From assembly GCA_030141605.1 (NCBI GenBank), contig JAQGDQ010000348.1, forward strand, positions 186,001 through 250,000: a DNA stretch of 64,000 nucleotides. Reading direction: 5' to 3'. The notes beneath the pieces were generated by a model. It saw only the letters and a list, made by a program, of their open reading frames with translations. It ran no database searches and was not told where the DNA came from. Shown here piece by piece: positions 53,899 through 64,000 of this stretch (position 1 is the stretch's first letter; each line of letters begins with the position of its first letter). The DNA comes from Tubiluchus corallicola. Its lineage: Eukaryota; Animalia; Priapulida. The position numbers were made by a program, and so were the translations under genes.

Positions 53899-54611
53899 AA
53901 GAAAAACAAGATCATTTTTACTCCTTTGTGAAGTTCCGTAAAAAGTATACATTTTAGCATCTATGATAATATGCCAAAGTGTTTGTGATATTTAAATAAA
54001 AGGTTGAAAACTTAATTGACTGCGGGCAATCCCAATTAGTGCAGGGATGAGAATTTTCCGCAGATACGCAAAATTCCGAGTTTTTGGAAGACCAGTAGTG
54101 CCCTTTTTGTAAATCGCGTAATTTCGTTGAGAAATTTTTTGCTGACCCAGTACATTATTTCACAAGCTGACCGCTAGTTGGCAGGCCGTCACTTTGTTTA
54201 CATCACATACATCAGTGTAACCACGTGTATATATCTATGTCTAAGAATATAGAATCAAATGTACAAAGTTATTTGAGTCAATTGCAGAGAGTTTTTATAT
54301 ACTTTTGCATAGGAGCGGCCATTATTTAGGCATTTTTGAGACAATTAGGTATCATGTATCCTTGATAGTTGGATATTTTAAATTATGCACGAAACAAGAT
54401 AATTGATATTTTAACTCGACATAGAGGTTCTCTATGGTCACAAAATTGCACCAAAACCCCCGGCCTGTTTCAGAGTTTTTTGCAATTTGTCATTCTCATC
54501 CCTGTTAGTGATGACGTCACAACTGAACATAATTTTCAACATCACATGTTTGTGAAAGCGAAAATTGAAGTACAGTGGCTACTGTAAGGGATTCAATGTG
54601 TTGTATTAAAA
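53899..54611 (+). mobile_element. Old family B fragment split by a hAT-like insertion
   Basis: B consensus runs to CCCAATTAGTG and resumes at TTAGTGATGACGTCACA. Confidence 0.7.
54042..54504. mobile_element. Ac-like hAT MITE with 6-bp TSD, containing a family F fragment (about 54155-54350)
   Basis: TTAGTG|CAGGGATGAGAAT...ATTCTCATCCCTG|TTAGTG. Confidence 0.82.
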
Positions 54612-54649
54612 CGAGGGATAGGTATATGTACCCGTTTTTAGTTGCTTAA

Positions 54650-55100
54650 AGGAAAACAGGATGCTCTTTCATATCCTACCCCATTGTGAAGTGCGGTAAA
54701 AGGTAAACATTTTAACACATATAATAATGCTAGGCACTTCTGATAATTAAATAGTGGGTTAAAAACTTAATTAACAACGGGCGAAGCCAACTAGTGGTGA
54801 CGTCAGAACTGAACATAATTTCCAACAGCACAAACATTCCGCGAGCGTGTCGAATGTGTTTGTGAAAATTTAAAGTAAATTGCTACTGTGAGATATTCAG
54901 TGTGATATACAAAAAAACTCGGCATATTTAAAATTTAAACTTCAAAATTCAAGTTTACCACTGTGCTCAGCATGACCTCTCGAACGTGTACACTACGTCA
55001 CAACTGAACGCGTCTGTACTGCGAGGTGCAGCACCTGTTGTGCAAATGGTTAGGCAGGTTGTTTGTGAGGTCCTGTTTAAAGATTGGATCCGGTTTTCCT
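54650..55100 (+). mobile_element. Diverged family B element
   Basis: TTAA|AGGAAAACAGGAT...ATCCGGTTTTCCT|TTAA. Confidence 0.85.
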
Positions 55101-55218
55101 TTAAAGTGCTACCGATAGGCATTGATTGTTATTGAAGCTAAAAGTAGTGATGGTGTAATTTTGTGGAGTTAATAAAATTAATTGAATTGATATTTGTGCA
55201 GAGTGGAGTGAGTTTCGA

Positions 55219-55760
55219 TTTTATTCATTTTATTTATTTTATTCACACCCAACAATAAAATACAGTCTACAATAAAAATAATATAATATACAACACGTTG
55301 GCAAAAGACATACAAATACAATATTTACAAAAGTATGGTAAAGACACAAAGAGATTAACTGCTTACCAGTGTCTGTTGTGAACAAGGAATTTATGCAAGT
55401 TAACTTCATATAAGCGGCTTTTGAATAACTTAATATTTTGTGCATCTACGAGGGGTGCACCATCGACATATGCAGGCAATGAGTTCCAAATCGGTACAAC
55501 TCGATTTGAGAAAAATTGACCAAATGATACTTTAACAGTTCGACACACGAAAAGCTTCAGAAAATGATTTTGCCTTGTTCTATCGCAAGATACTCGAGTA
55601 AAAAATTTGTCAAAGTCAACTTCAACTTCTCGAGGAAAATCATAATTGATAACTCGTGTTTTGAGTGATACAACGTGCATTGCTTTACCATTCATAATAC
55701 ATGAATATGTTATGATAATACACGATGTTCAATAACCTCAATTAGACTTTCCTATCAAAA
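55219..55760 (-). mobile_element. CR1-clade LINE 3' fragment
   Basis: TRQNHFLKL...FFSNRVVPIWNSLP...FKSRL is the CR1 ORF2 C-terminal motif; AATAAA-rich tail at about 55219-55243. Confidence 0.85.
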
Positions 55761-55948
55761 CGACTTCATCAGCTACTGCATACAGAAATGTAAACACCGC
55801 CATTGTTGAATTAGCTAATTGAAAACCGCAATTTTGATCATTTTTCTTCCAATTATGCTCCAAAACGCGAGTTTTTCCACACGTAATAATGGTGAGCTAT
55901 GAAACTGTTCAAACATGGCCGCCGTACGTGCCGCAGTTTTGCTCTTAA

Positions 55949-56562
55949 AAGAAAACCGGATCCAATCTTGAACTGTAGGTTAAAGCAATCTATTCTTTAA
56001 AATAATGAAAGGAAACATTCTATTTTTTCAGAAATGATTTACGTGAAAGAATTATTATCGCACAAACACAATTTCACGTTCGCGCCACTAGTTCTTCGCT
56101 GTTACATGTATTTCACCATTCGCTAGTCAAATGGGCACTAGCACCTGCATTTCGGAAATGCATTGCACAAAAAACATGTGCTGTAGCTCTCAGTTTAGAG
56201 ATGTCTGTTTGTGACGTACTGCACGCTTTCGACAACTCTTGCCTGATAACTGCGCTAAAGTTTGAAATCTAAATTTTCATCTTAGAACTTGCCTAGTTTT
56301 AGTACAACGCACTGAATGTCTTACAGTAGCACTGTACTACAATTTTCGCTTTCACAAACACGTGCAACAAGCTCATGGAATATTTGTGCTGTTGAAAATT
56401 ATGTTAATTTGTGATGTCATCAATAGGTGGGCTCGCCCAATTGACATTTTAATCTATTATTTAATTATTAGAAAGGTTTTTTCAGTATTAATTGTGTTAA
56501 AATGTATACTTTTCATCAGACTTGAAAATGGGTTAGTACATGCAAAATCATCAGGTCTTCCT
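55949..56562 (-). mobile_element. Family B element, full length
   Basis: TTAA|AAGAAAACCGGAT...AGGTCTTCCT|TTAA. Confidence 0.88.
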
Positions 56563-56864
56563 TTAAGACACGCATGTCTTTATTACATTCTTAATACACT
56601 GCTGACGCTCATTATAAAACTCTCATAATTTGAGACGTTTATACATTAATGACAATTTATGCGTATTGATTGTAGGCAGAAGTGGCCGTTAATTGGCATT
56701 TTAAATAAGCAATTAAAGGCAACACTAAGATGTTGGCTTGAAAACAACATTAAGAGTTGAATTATTATTCCCAAATGTCAGTGATGCGTAAGTCTAGCAC
56801 TGCTCTGTAGAGACGAGTCTAAATTAAGTTTGCATTGTTTATGCACGTATAGAATTTACATTGA

Positions 56865-57446
56865 AGCACAAGAAAACCCTCCACTTACATGAAGCTTAAA
56901 AATTCGTCTTGAAATTTTTTACCACTTACGTACTGCCTCTTTGCATATTAGACTTGCGTCGGCAGTAACGCCGTAGAAAACATTTAAATTTAAACTCCCG
57001 CGATGACCGTTAGACGCAGCCATTTTGACGATAACTCATTTGAAACAAGTTTAGATAGCATTCTGTAAAGTTTGAAAAAATAATCAGAGCATTCGTAGCA
57101 CACACGTCAATAAGTAAAATTTAAAATTACTGTATCCTGTCAATAAGATTAAAATGCATTTTTGGTTAGTGAGTGGTGCACCCTGGAGGTGTAATGCTAA
57201 GTAATATAACTTTGCTTGGAAAGTTTTTTGGGACATAGTTTAACATTTTCTTTTCTTCACTGATTTACATTTGCGTAGTGACGTCATGTAATGGCGCGGT
57301 CGGAACAGTATTGCGGGAGATCTAAAATGAAAACAAACAGAAATTCCTTTTAACACGAGTACGATATATGCATAAAATTGCTATGAAGTAATATAATTTT
57401 AAGGCGATTCTTCTGAAACCCCTTCAGGTACCCCTTTTCTTGTCCT
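56865..57446 (-). mobile_element. Family C element with internal deletion
   Basis: TTGA|AGCACAAGAAAACC...TTTTCTTGTCCT|TTAA. Confidence 0.86.
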
Positions 57447-57450
57447 TTAA

Positions 57451-57820
57451 AGAAAGACAGGATGATTTTTAATATACTACCCCATTCTCAAGTCCAATAA
57501 CAAGTATACATTTCAATACAATTAATGCTGCAATTCTGATAATTAAATAACAGATTAAAAACTTAATTAACGGCGGGCGAACCCAACTGTTGATGACATC
57601 ACAAACTAACATAATTTTCAATATCAAAAATATTCCACGGCGTGTTGCACGTGTTTGCGAAAGCGAAAATTGAAGTACAGTGCTAACTTTCAAAATTCAG
57701 TGTTGGCTAGGCTAATTTTAAGCTGAAAGTTCAAGTTTACCACTGTGCTTATGCATCAGCTGTCGAACGTGTGCACGACGTCACAACTGAACACCTCTGT
57801 ACTGAGAGGTACAGAACAGT
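57451..57820 (+). mobile_element. Family B left part abutting family C
   Basis: TTAA|AGAAAGACAGGATG... Confidence 0.83.
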
Positions 57821-57910
57821 ACATCCTTATACATACATACTTCTGCCTAATAAGCCTATGTATTTTCTTGAGCCATGTAGAAAAAACGTTCAAGAATGCT
57901 CATTTCTTAA

Positions 57911-58383
57911 AGAAGAGGAGACGCCATTTAGCATGTTAGGTTTATTTGACTGTTATCACTTTAACTTAGAGAAATATGACGAAGAAATTGGCAAAAAATG
58001 CCTATGAAGCATAAAGTTGATTTATGCTACCGCTATATAAAGTTTTCAAACACGGTGGTAACTGCCATTCAAAATTATGACGTAACCGGTGGACTTCGTG
58101 ACTTTTCGTAAGCTCGAGCTGCTTAAACTAATTCAAACTTCTTTAGCTTACTAATTGTTCACCAAAAATACTATAAAATTAGCTATCTAATTTCTTTGTA
58201 AAAACCTTATTCTACTTTGACGAAGATTGACAGTGCGCTACTTTTCTTCAAAACGAATGACGCCATTTGTGGAACAATGGGTATTAAAAATGGAAGCGCC
58301 CATGCATGAAGTGATCTTTTATTGCCAAATCCTTCTAACATTTTTCCCGGACATTCAAATTCACAGCAGGCTTGACATTTTCT
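57911..58383 (+). mobile_element. Family E element
   Basis: TTAA|AGAAGAGG...GGCTTGACATTTTCT|TTAA; homologous to 45751 and 48693. Confidence 0.8.
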
Positions 58384-58571
58384 TTAAAGCGAGTTATCGA
58401 AAGTTTTTAGACTTCGTTTTCGGGCGTCAACAATATTGACATGACTGAGAACATACTCGTGGTTTCATAAGACATTCGTTTTTCCAGAATACGAGCCATG
58501 TCATAATTTATGGCATAGCAATTTTTTAAATAATCATGATTATAGAAACAATCACAAAAATACATCAAGAT

Positions 58572-58937
58572 AATAAGCTTTTTCACAACTTCGTTGTGCA
58601 CATGCGCAGTTGCTGCAGGTCAAAGGTTAAGTGTATAACAGCAACGCGTCTTAAAAACAACTGCCACGTGACGTGTGTGCAAAGCAAAGCCGTCTGTCGC
58701 ATCAGTTCATTAATTTCAGTTGTTTTACGTGGACTTTACTTAGTTATGCATTAGTCTGTGCGTAGAGTGATTTGCTAGCGGGATCTTGCTTGTGAACAAG
58801 AAAAAATGAACTAGGTAAGGTTCTACCTAGCTGTTAGAACTCTTACTGTTGCAATAGCGTGGGCTGCGAGGCGTTATTAAGTGTACAGAAATAGTTGTCT
58901 GGTACACTTAACCTTTGACCTTCTCACGATAATCATC
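58572..58937 (-). mobile_element. Family A MITE, one end truncated
   Basis: AATAAGCTTTTTCACAACTTCG... Confidence 0.85.
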
Positions 58938-59339
58938 TGAATGCTAGGACTGTAGAACAAAACATGCTGAAAATGTTCAAGACGCACCAATGAATGTGGG
59001 TTGCAAGACATTTCTCATTCCATTCTACTGTCAGTCTGTGTATATATTGCCAAAGTCATTTAGTAAAATTGCTGCTTCTCAGTTAGCTATAATAACTATT
59101 ATTAGTTCCAAGATTCTTATCTTGATTACATAGTGTAGGGCATAAGTGCATTCGTGCGTGGCTATGTAATACTGCTCGTTAATACCACGGAGAGTCACTG
59201 CGCATGCGTGTGAGTTGATTTGTGCCGTATAAGGAAAAATGGTCTTGCGATTTGAGTGAAAGCTGATTATTCCTGTTATAGTTTGCTGTGTCATGTTAAC
59301 TGTTTTGTTCTGTTCCGTTCAATTCCATGCTGCGTTGCC

Positions 59340-59760
59340 TTCTACTGCACTCCTCTTCCCTTCTCTCCTCTTCTGCTCTGTTCTCCCCTTCCCTTTTCTT
59401 CTCTTTCTTCTTCTTTTTCTGTTCTCTTCTTTTCCCTTCCCTTCTCTTCTCTTCTCTGTCCTCTTCTCTGCTGTGCTTTTCTCGTCTCGTCATGTCCCTT
59501 CCTTTCTCTTCTCCTCTCTTCCCTTTCCTTTCCTTTTCTTCCCTTCTCTTCTTTTCTCTCTTCTCTTCTCTGCTGTGCTTTTCTCGTCTCGTCATGTCCC
59601 TTCTCCTCTCCTCTCTTCCATTCCCTTTCCTTCTCTTCTCCTCTCGTCCCTTCCCTTCTTTTCTCTTCTGCTCTCGTCCCTTCCCTTCTCTTCTCTTCCC
59701 TTGTCTCCCTTCCTTGCTCTTCTCTTTCCTTCTCTCCCCTCCTCAACTTTCTCCTCTCCT
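59340..59760. repeat. CT-rich low-complexity tract with an internal duplication
   Basis: CTCTGCTGTGCTTTTCTCGTCTCGTCATGTCCCTT occurs twice. Confidence 0.9.
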
Positions 59761-60552
59761 CACAAAGCACAAAACATAAATTATACTTTATTTTAAGCGT
59801 TGGCTAACAGATCGTTGTTGCATGCCATTTGTTGAAGCCTTTGTTTAACACGAGTTGAACAGCTTCATCTAGAACTGTTACGATGCTGTCTACATGTTCC
59901 TATCATGCAAACCTTGAGTCACGCTTTTCCATAGTAATTATTATAAGCTACTGTTACAATTAATAATCAGAAAATCAAACATAAATGCTGTCAAGCGTAT
60001 ATCATAAGCTTCAGTCTTACGTAATATCTGTCTCCTTGCGATTCGTAGTTGCCCATTTTACAGTAATCAATCAAACCCTTGGTAGCTGATGAATTGACCG
60101 CGCATGCCAGCATAATTGCATTTATCTGTTATTACGATGAAGACACGTTTATGCAATAATTAATAACTGTGTGCCCTATGCTTGGTATGCATGAATATCC
60201 CTCGATATCTTCAGTGAGACGTGGATGTGTATTGACTTTGCTTCCATATCAGACGCATGAGGTTTTTGCGACCCGTTTTTGACGACACTGCCTCAAATCT
60301 AATTAGTCTGAGGTTTTTTCTTTTCCATTATTTTCTGCATTGCCGCGAGGTCTGCATCATAAAAACTGAGAAAGATATCTCCCTCGTGTAGTTCTTCTGT
60401 TAAAGTGAGTTTGGTGGCAAGTGTGAGACTTTTATCAAGTTTGCATGTCTGGAGTGTTCTCCGGAAAACTCAAGTTGTTCTTTGATAAAAAATAACAATA
60501 ATCAATTTGTCCTTGCTTTTCGAAATCCATTTGTAACATTTTATCATCTTAA

Positions 60553-61061
60553 AGCATAACCGGACCCAATCTTAAACTGTATGTCAAAACAATCAGCTCT
60601 TTGAAATATTGAAACGAAACATGCTATTTTTTTCAAAAATGACTTAAGTGAAAGAATTATTACTACGCAAATGTTCGCGGCACTAGTTCTTCGCTGTTAC
60701 TTGCATTTCGTCATTCGCTAGTTAGACAGGCACTAGCGCCCGCATTTCGGAAAGCATTGCACAAAAAACAAGTGCTGTACCTCTCAGTTCAAGTGTGTTA
60801 GTTTGTGATGAACTACACACGCTCGACAGCTCATGCGTGCATGCGTGAGCACAGCGGTAAATTTGAATTTAGAATTTTTACCTTAAAACTTGCTTAGGTT
60901 TAATACAGCTGAATCTCTTACAGTAGTAGCACTGTACTTCAATTTTCTCTTTCGCAAACGCGTACAACGCGCTCGTGGAATATTTTTGTTGTTGAAAATA
61001 TTCATTATCTTGGAGCATACTTTATTTTGAACTAATATGTACACAATTGCACGGTTTTCCT
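60553..61061 (-). mobile_element. Chimeric element: family B right part plus family D left end
   Basis: TTAA|AGCATAACCGGAC (B)...GAGCATACTTTATTTTGAAC...CGGTTTTCCT|TTAA (D). Confidence 0.8.
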
Positions 61062-61546
61062 TTAATACGTTATTGCAATAGTAACTATTGTAATTGCAGT
61101 AATTGTGTTAAGTCTCAACTGCTGCCCGTTATAATATTGGATGTTCATGGCTGAACGAATGGCAACACTGCCCAGTACGCTAACATTTCACTTGAATTGA
61201 TTTTTGACGGACTGACTATTAAGCTGGACATTAATTGCGTTTAACGTCGTCATTTCGTAGGTGTTTAATGTCGCTTGGCGTGGAAATTTCTCTAAGTGTC
61301 ACGATTCGCTTGCAGTGCGTGAAAAAGGAAGAAGATGCAACGCTTCCAAATCTATATTAGTTTCTTCATTCGTGACAAGAAATCATGTTTATTTTTTGTC
61401 GTAAAAGTTGGTCAGAAATGAGGAGTTACTTATAATGATAATAAGAGAATAGGCCTTCCAGTTTTCAGCCTGTCTAAACTTTGGAGAATCCCAGTTTATT
61501 GTGTTGGGGAGATATATATATATTTATGTTGTTGATTCATTTTAAA

Positions 61547-61925
<379 letters not shown>

Positions 61926-62442
61926 TTTGTCATTAGTTGCCTTACTCTTGGCTGCTGTCAACATTTGCTTACTTTCGTCCAAACTGAAGCCAAGACAGTA
62001 AAGTTAGACAAAGAAGCCAACAGGCCACGACAGCACGGCTATCTTATCTTGTGCTTTAGCCGGTGTTTGAATTTTCTTTGACGTCGTAATGCATCACGTG
62101 ACCAGCCGAGAATGTCTTTAAGAAGGATGTAGACGCGTAATGCAGTTTAGCTCCAAACTCTGCAACGACGTTACATCCAATTATTCAAGAAACTGCAGTG
62201 CGACAACTCCATTCATTTTTTATGGGGAAGACACAAAAGAGTTGGCTGGTTTTAGAAAACAGTCGATTTATCAATGCTGATCTCAGCCGACTGGGACCGT
62301 TTCTATTCAAATGGTTTCTGTGGAGAGTGAAATGAACGCCAGCTTGTCATCCATCACTGTTAATGACATTACCACATTATATACACAAGTTACACGTTAC
62401 ACAAGCTACACCAAGCTTCGTTACTTCTTTATTTGAACCTAC

Positions 62443-62841
62443 AATAAGCCTTTTCACTTGTCCAGCGATTGAAGATGATCGTGAAAGGGTCAAAGGTTAA
62501 GTGTATCAGACAACACATTTGTGTACACTTGGCAACGCCTCACAGCCCATGCTATTGTAATAGTAACAGTTTTAACGGCTAGCTAGAACTTTACCTAGTT
62601 CATTTTTTCTTGTTCCTAAGATCCTGTTACTAAGATCCTGCTAGTAAATCAGTCTATACAGATACTAATGCATAATTAAGTAAAGTCCACCAACTGAAGC
62701 TAGTAATTTGATATGGCAGATGGCTTTGCTTTACCTACATGTCACGTGACGGTTGCAGCTAAGACGCGTTGCTGTGGCAGACTTAACCTCTGGCTTACAG
62801 CAACTGCTCGTGCGCACAACGAAACTGTGAAAAGGCTTATT
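62443..62841 (+). mobile_element. Family A MITE, full length
   Basis: AAT|AAGCCTTTTCAC...GTGAAAAGGCTT|ATT. Confidence 0.88.
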
Positions 62842-63752
62842 GAAGCCCAGTAACGTAAAGTTTGTTGTTAACACAAATTTGGCTTCTCCAGCTTTGTTTA
62901 GTCTCTTTATTACAGCTTATTCCCTTATAACTGAAAGCTGATGTTCTAAATTTCATATCAGATTAAAATACTTAGACTGTTTGTGTTGTATCGTCAGGTT
63001 AATATTGACAGTGGCGATGATGATGACAAGCTTAGAGTAACGACGACCATCAGACGATTGTAACTGTGATGATGGTAGTGGTGTCAATGTCAATGATGAT
63101 GATAATGATGATGAAGGTAATAGCGATAGCGATGATGGTGATGGCGATGACTGTTACATGAGGATAATATCATTTATCAATTTATGTATTAATTATTTAT
63201 CATCTTTACAAATTCGATAGCGCTTTATAATTATATGTTTGGCATTCTCTTATTTTTTTCTGAATGTTCTAATTGCATCATATGTAATAAGAGAAGGGAT
63301 TGTATAAGTCTTGTCTTCATTTTATTCCACGTCGATTGATAATTTGTAGCAAATTGACTTTTGGTAAATTTTGTGCAATGTGTTACGTGTGTAATATTCT
63401 TTAATTTTAAATATTGTCCCAATATTTGCAAAAGTTTTGTCAAAACATTGTGACAAGATTTTTTGAGATGGGAGACAGTTGTACCCTCAGTGTTTTAAAG
63501 AAATTATAAACTTTGCTTAATGAAGTTGTGAGTACGTTTGGTTGATTATTTCCACACTTTGTCCCTGGATATGATCAGAAAACTTGTTTTAACCTCTCAT
63601 CTTTCAATGCGAGAGAGCTGGTTCTTGAAACCTCTGGCTTCTTTTCTTCCCTTATCTGCCTTTTCTTTTGATAATTGAGCCTCCCTAACTTCACTTTGAA
63701 GTCATTATTAATGAGAGCAACAAACTCGCTCAGTATTGAAAAGATTTCCATG

Positions 63753-64000
63753 TAGCTCACAGCAGAGAGTTGCTGTGCTTTTGTTTTCGTACTGCAGTTC
63801 TCTTGTTTTCATACTGTTGTTCTAGCTCACCACAGAGAGTTGTTGTTCTTTTGTTTTTGTACTGCATTTCTCTTGTTTTCATACTGCTGTTCTAGCTCAC
63901 AGCAGAGAGTTGCTGTTCTTTTGTTTTCGTACTGCATTTCTCTTGTTTTCATACTGCTGTTCTAGCTCACCACAGAGAGTTGTTGTTCTTTTGTTTTCGT
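63753..64000. repeat. 70-bp minisatellite running off the window end
   Basis: TAGCTCAC(A/C)(G/A)CAGAGAGTTG recurs at 63753, 63823, 63893 and 63963. Confidence 0.95.

Noticed and set aside
63440-63750. Possible RTE-type LINE ORF2 remnant on the minus strand (..YQKKRQI...LALKDE..)
   Set aside because: Similarity is too faint to call by eye; needs a profile search

Overview
AT-rich, repeat-dense animal (probably invertebrate) genomic DNA, not prokaryotic; nearly all ORFs in the supplied track are spurious. Two spliced genes are on the + strand. (1) The last five coding exons of nephrocystin-1 (NPHP1), 2721-8485, join in frame through GT-AG introns into 251 aa ending at a stop. (2) An unidentified single-pass membrane protein has a clear exon at 45396-45640 and a candidate promoter and first exon at about 17500-17826, implying a ~27.6 kb intron; its 3' exons were not found. 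The rest is non-autonomous DNA transposons: TTAA-flanked AG...CT Kolobok-like families (labelled B, C, D, E), an AT-TSD ISL2EU-like family (A), TA-TSD Tc1/mariner MITEs (F and others) and hAT-like MITEs with 8-bp or 6-bp TSDs. There are also LINE remnants, mini- and microsatellites. I found no transposase gene and cannot support a wholly new biological system. The most unusual signals are recurrent junctions and chimeras between TTAA families, a minisatellite born inside a MITE, 6-bp-TSD hAT elements and the orphan membrane protein. Family labels are mine, and coordinates were counted by eye (may be off by a few bases).
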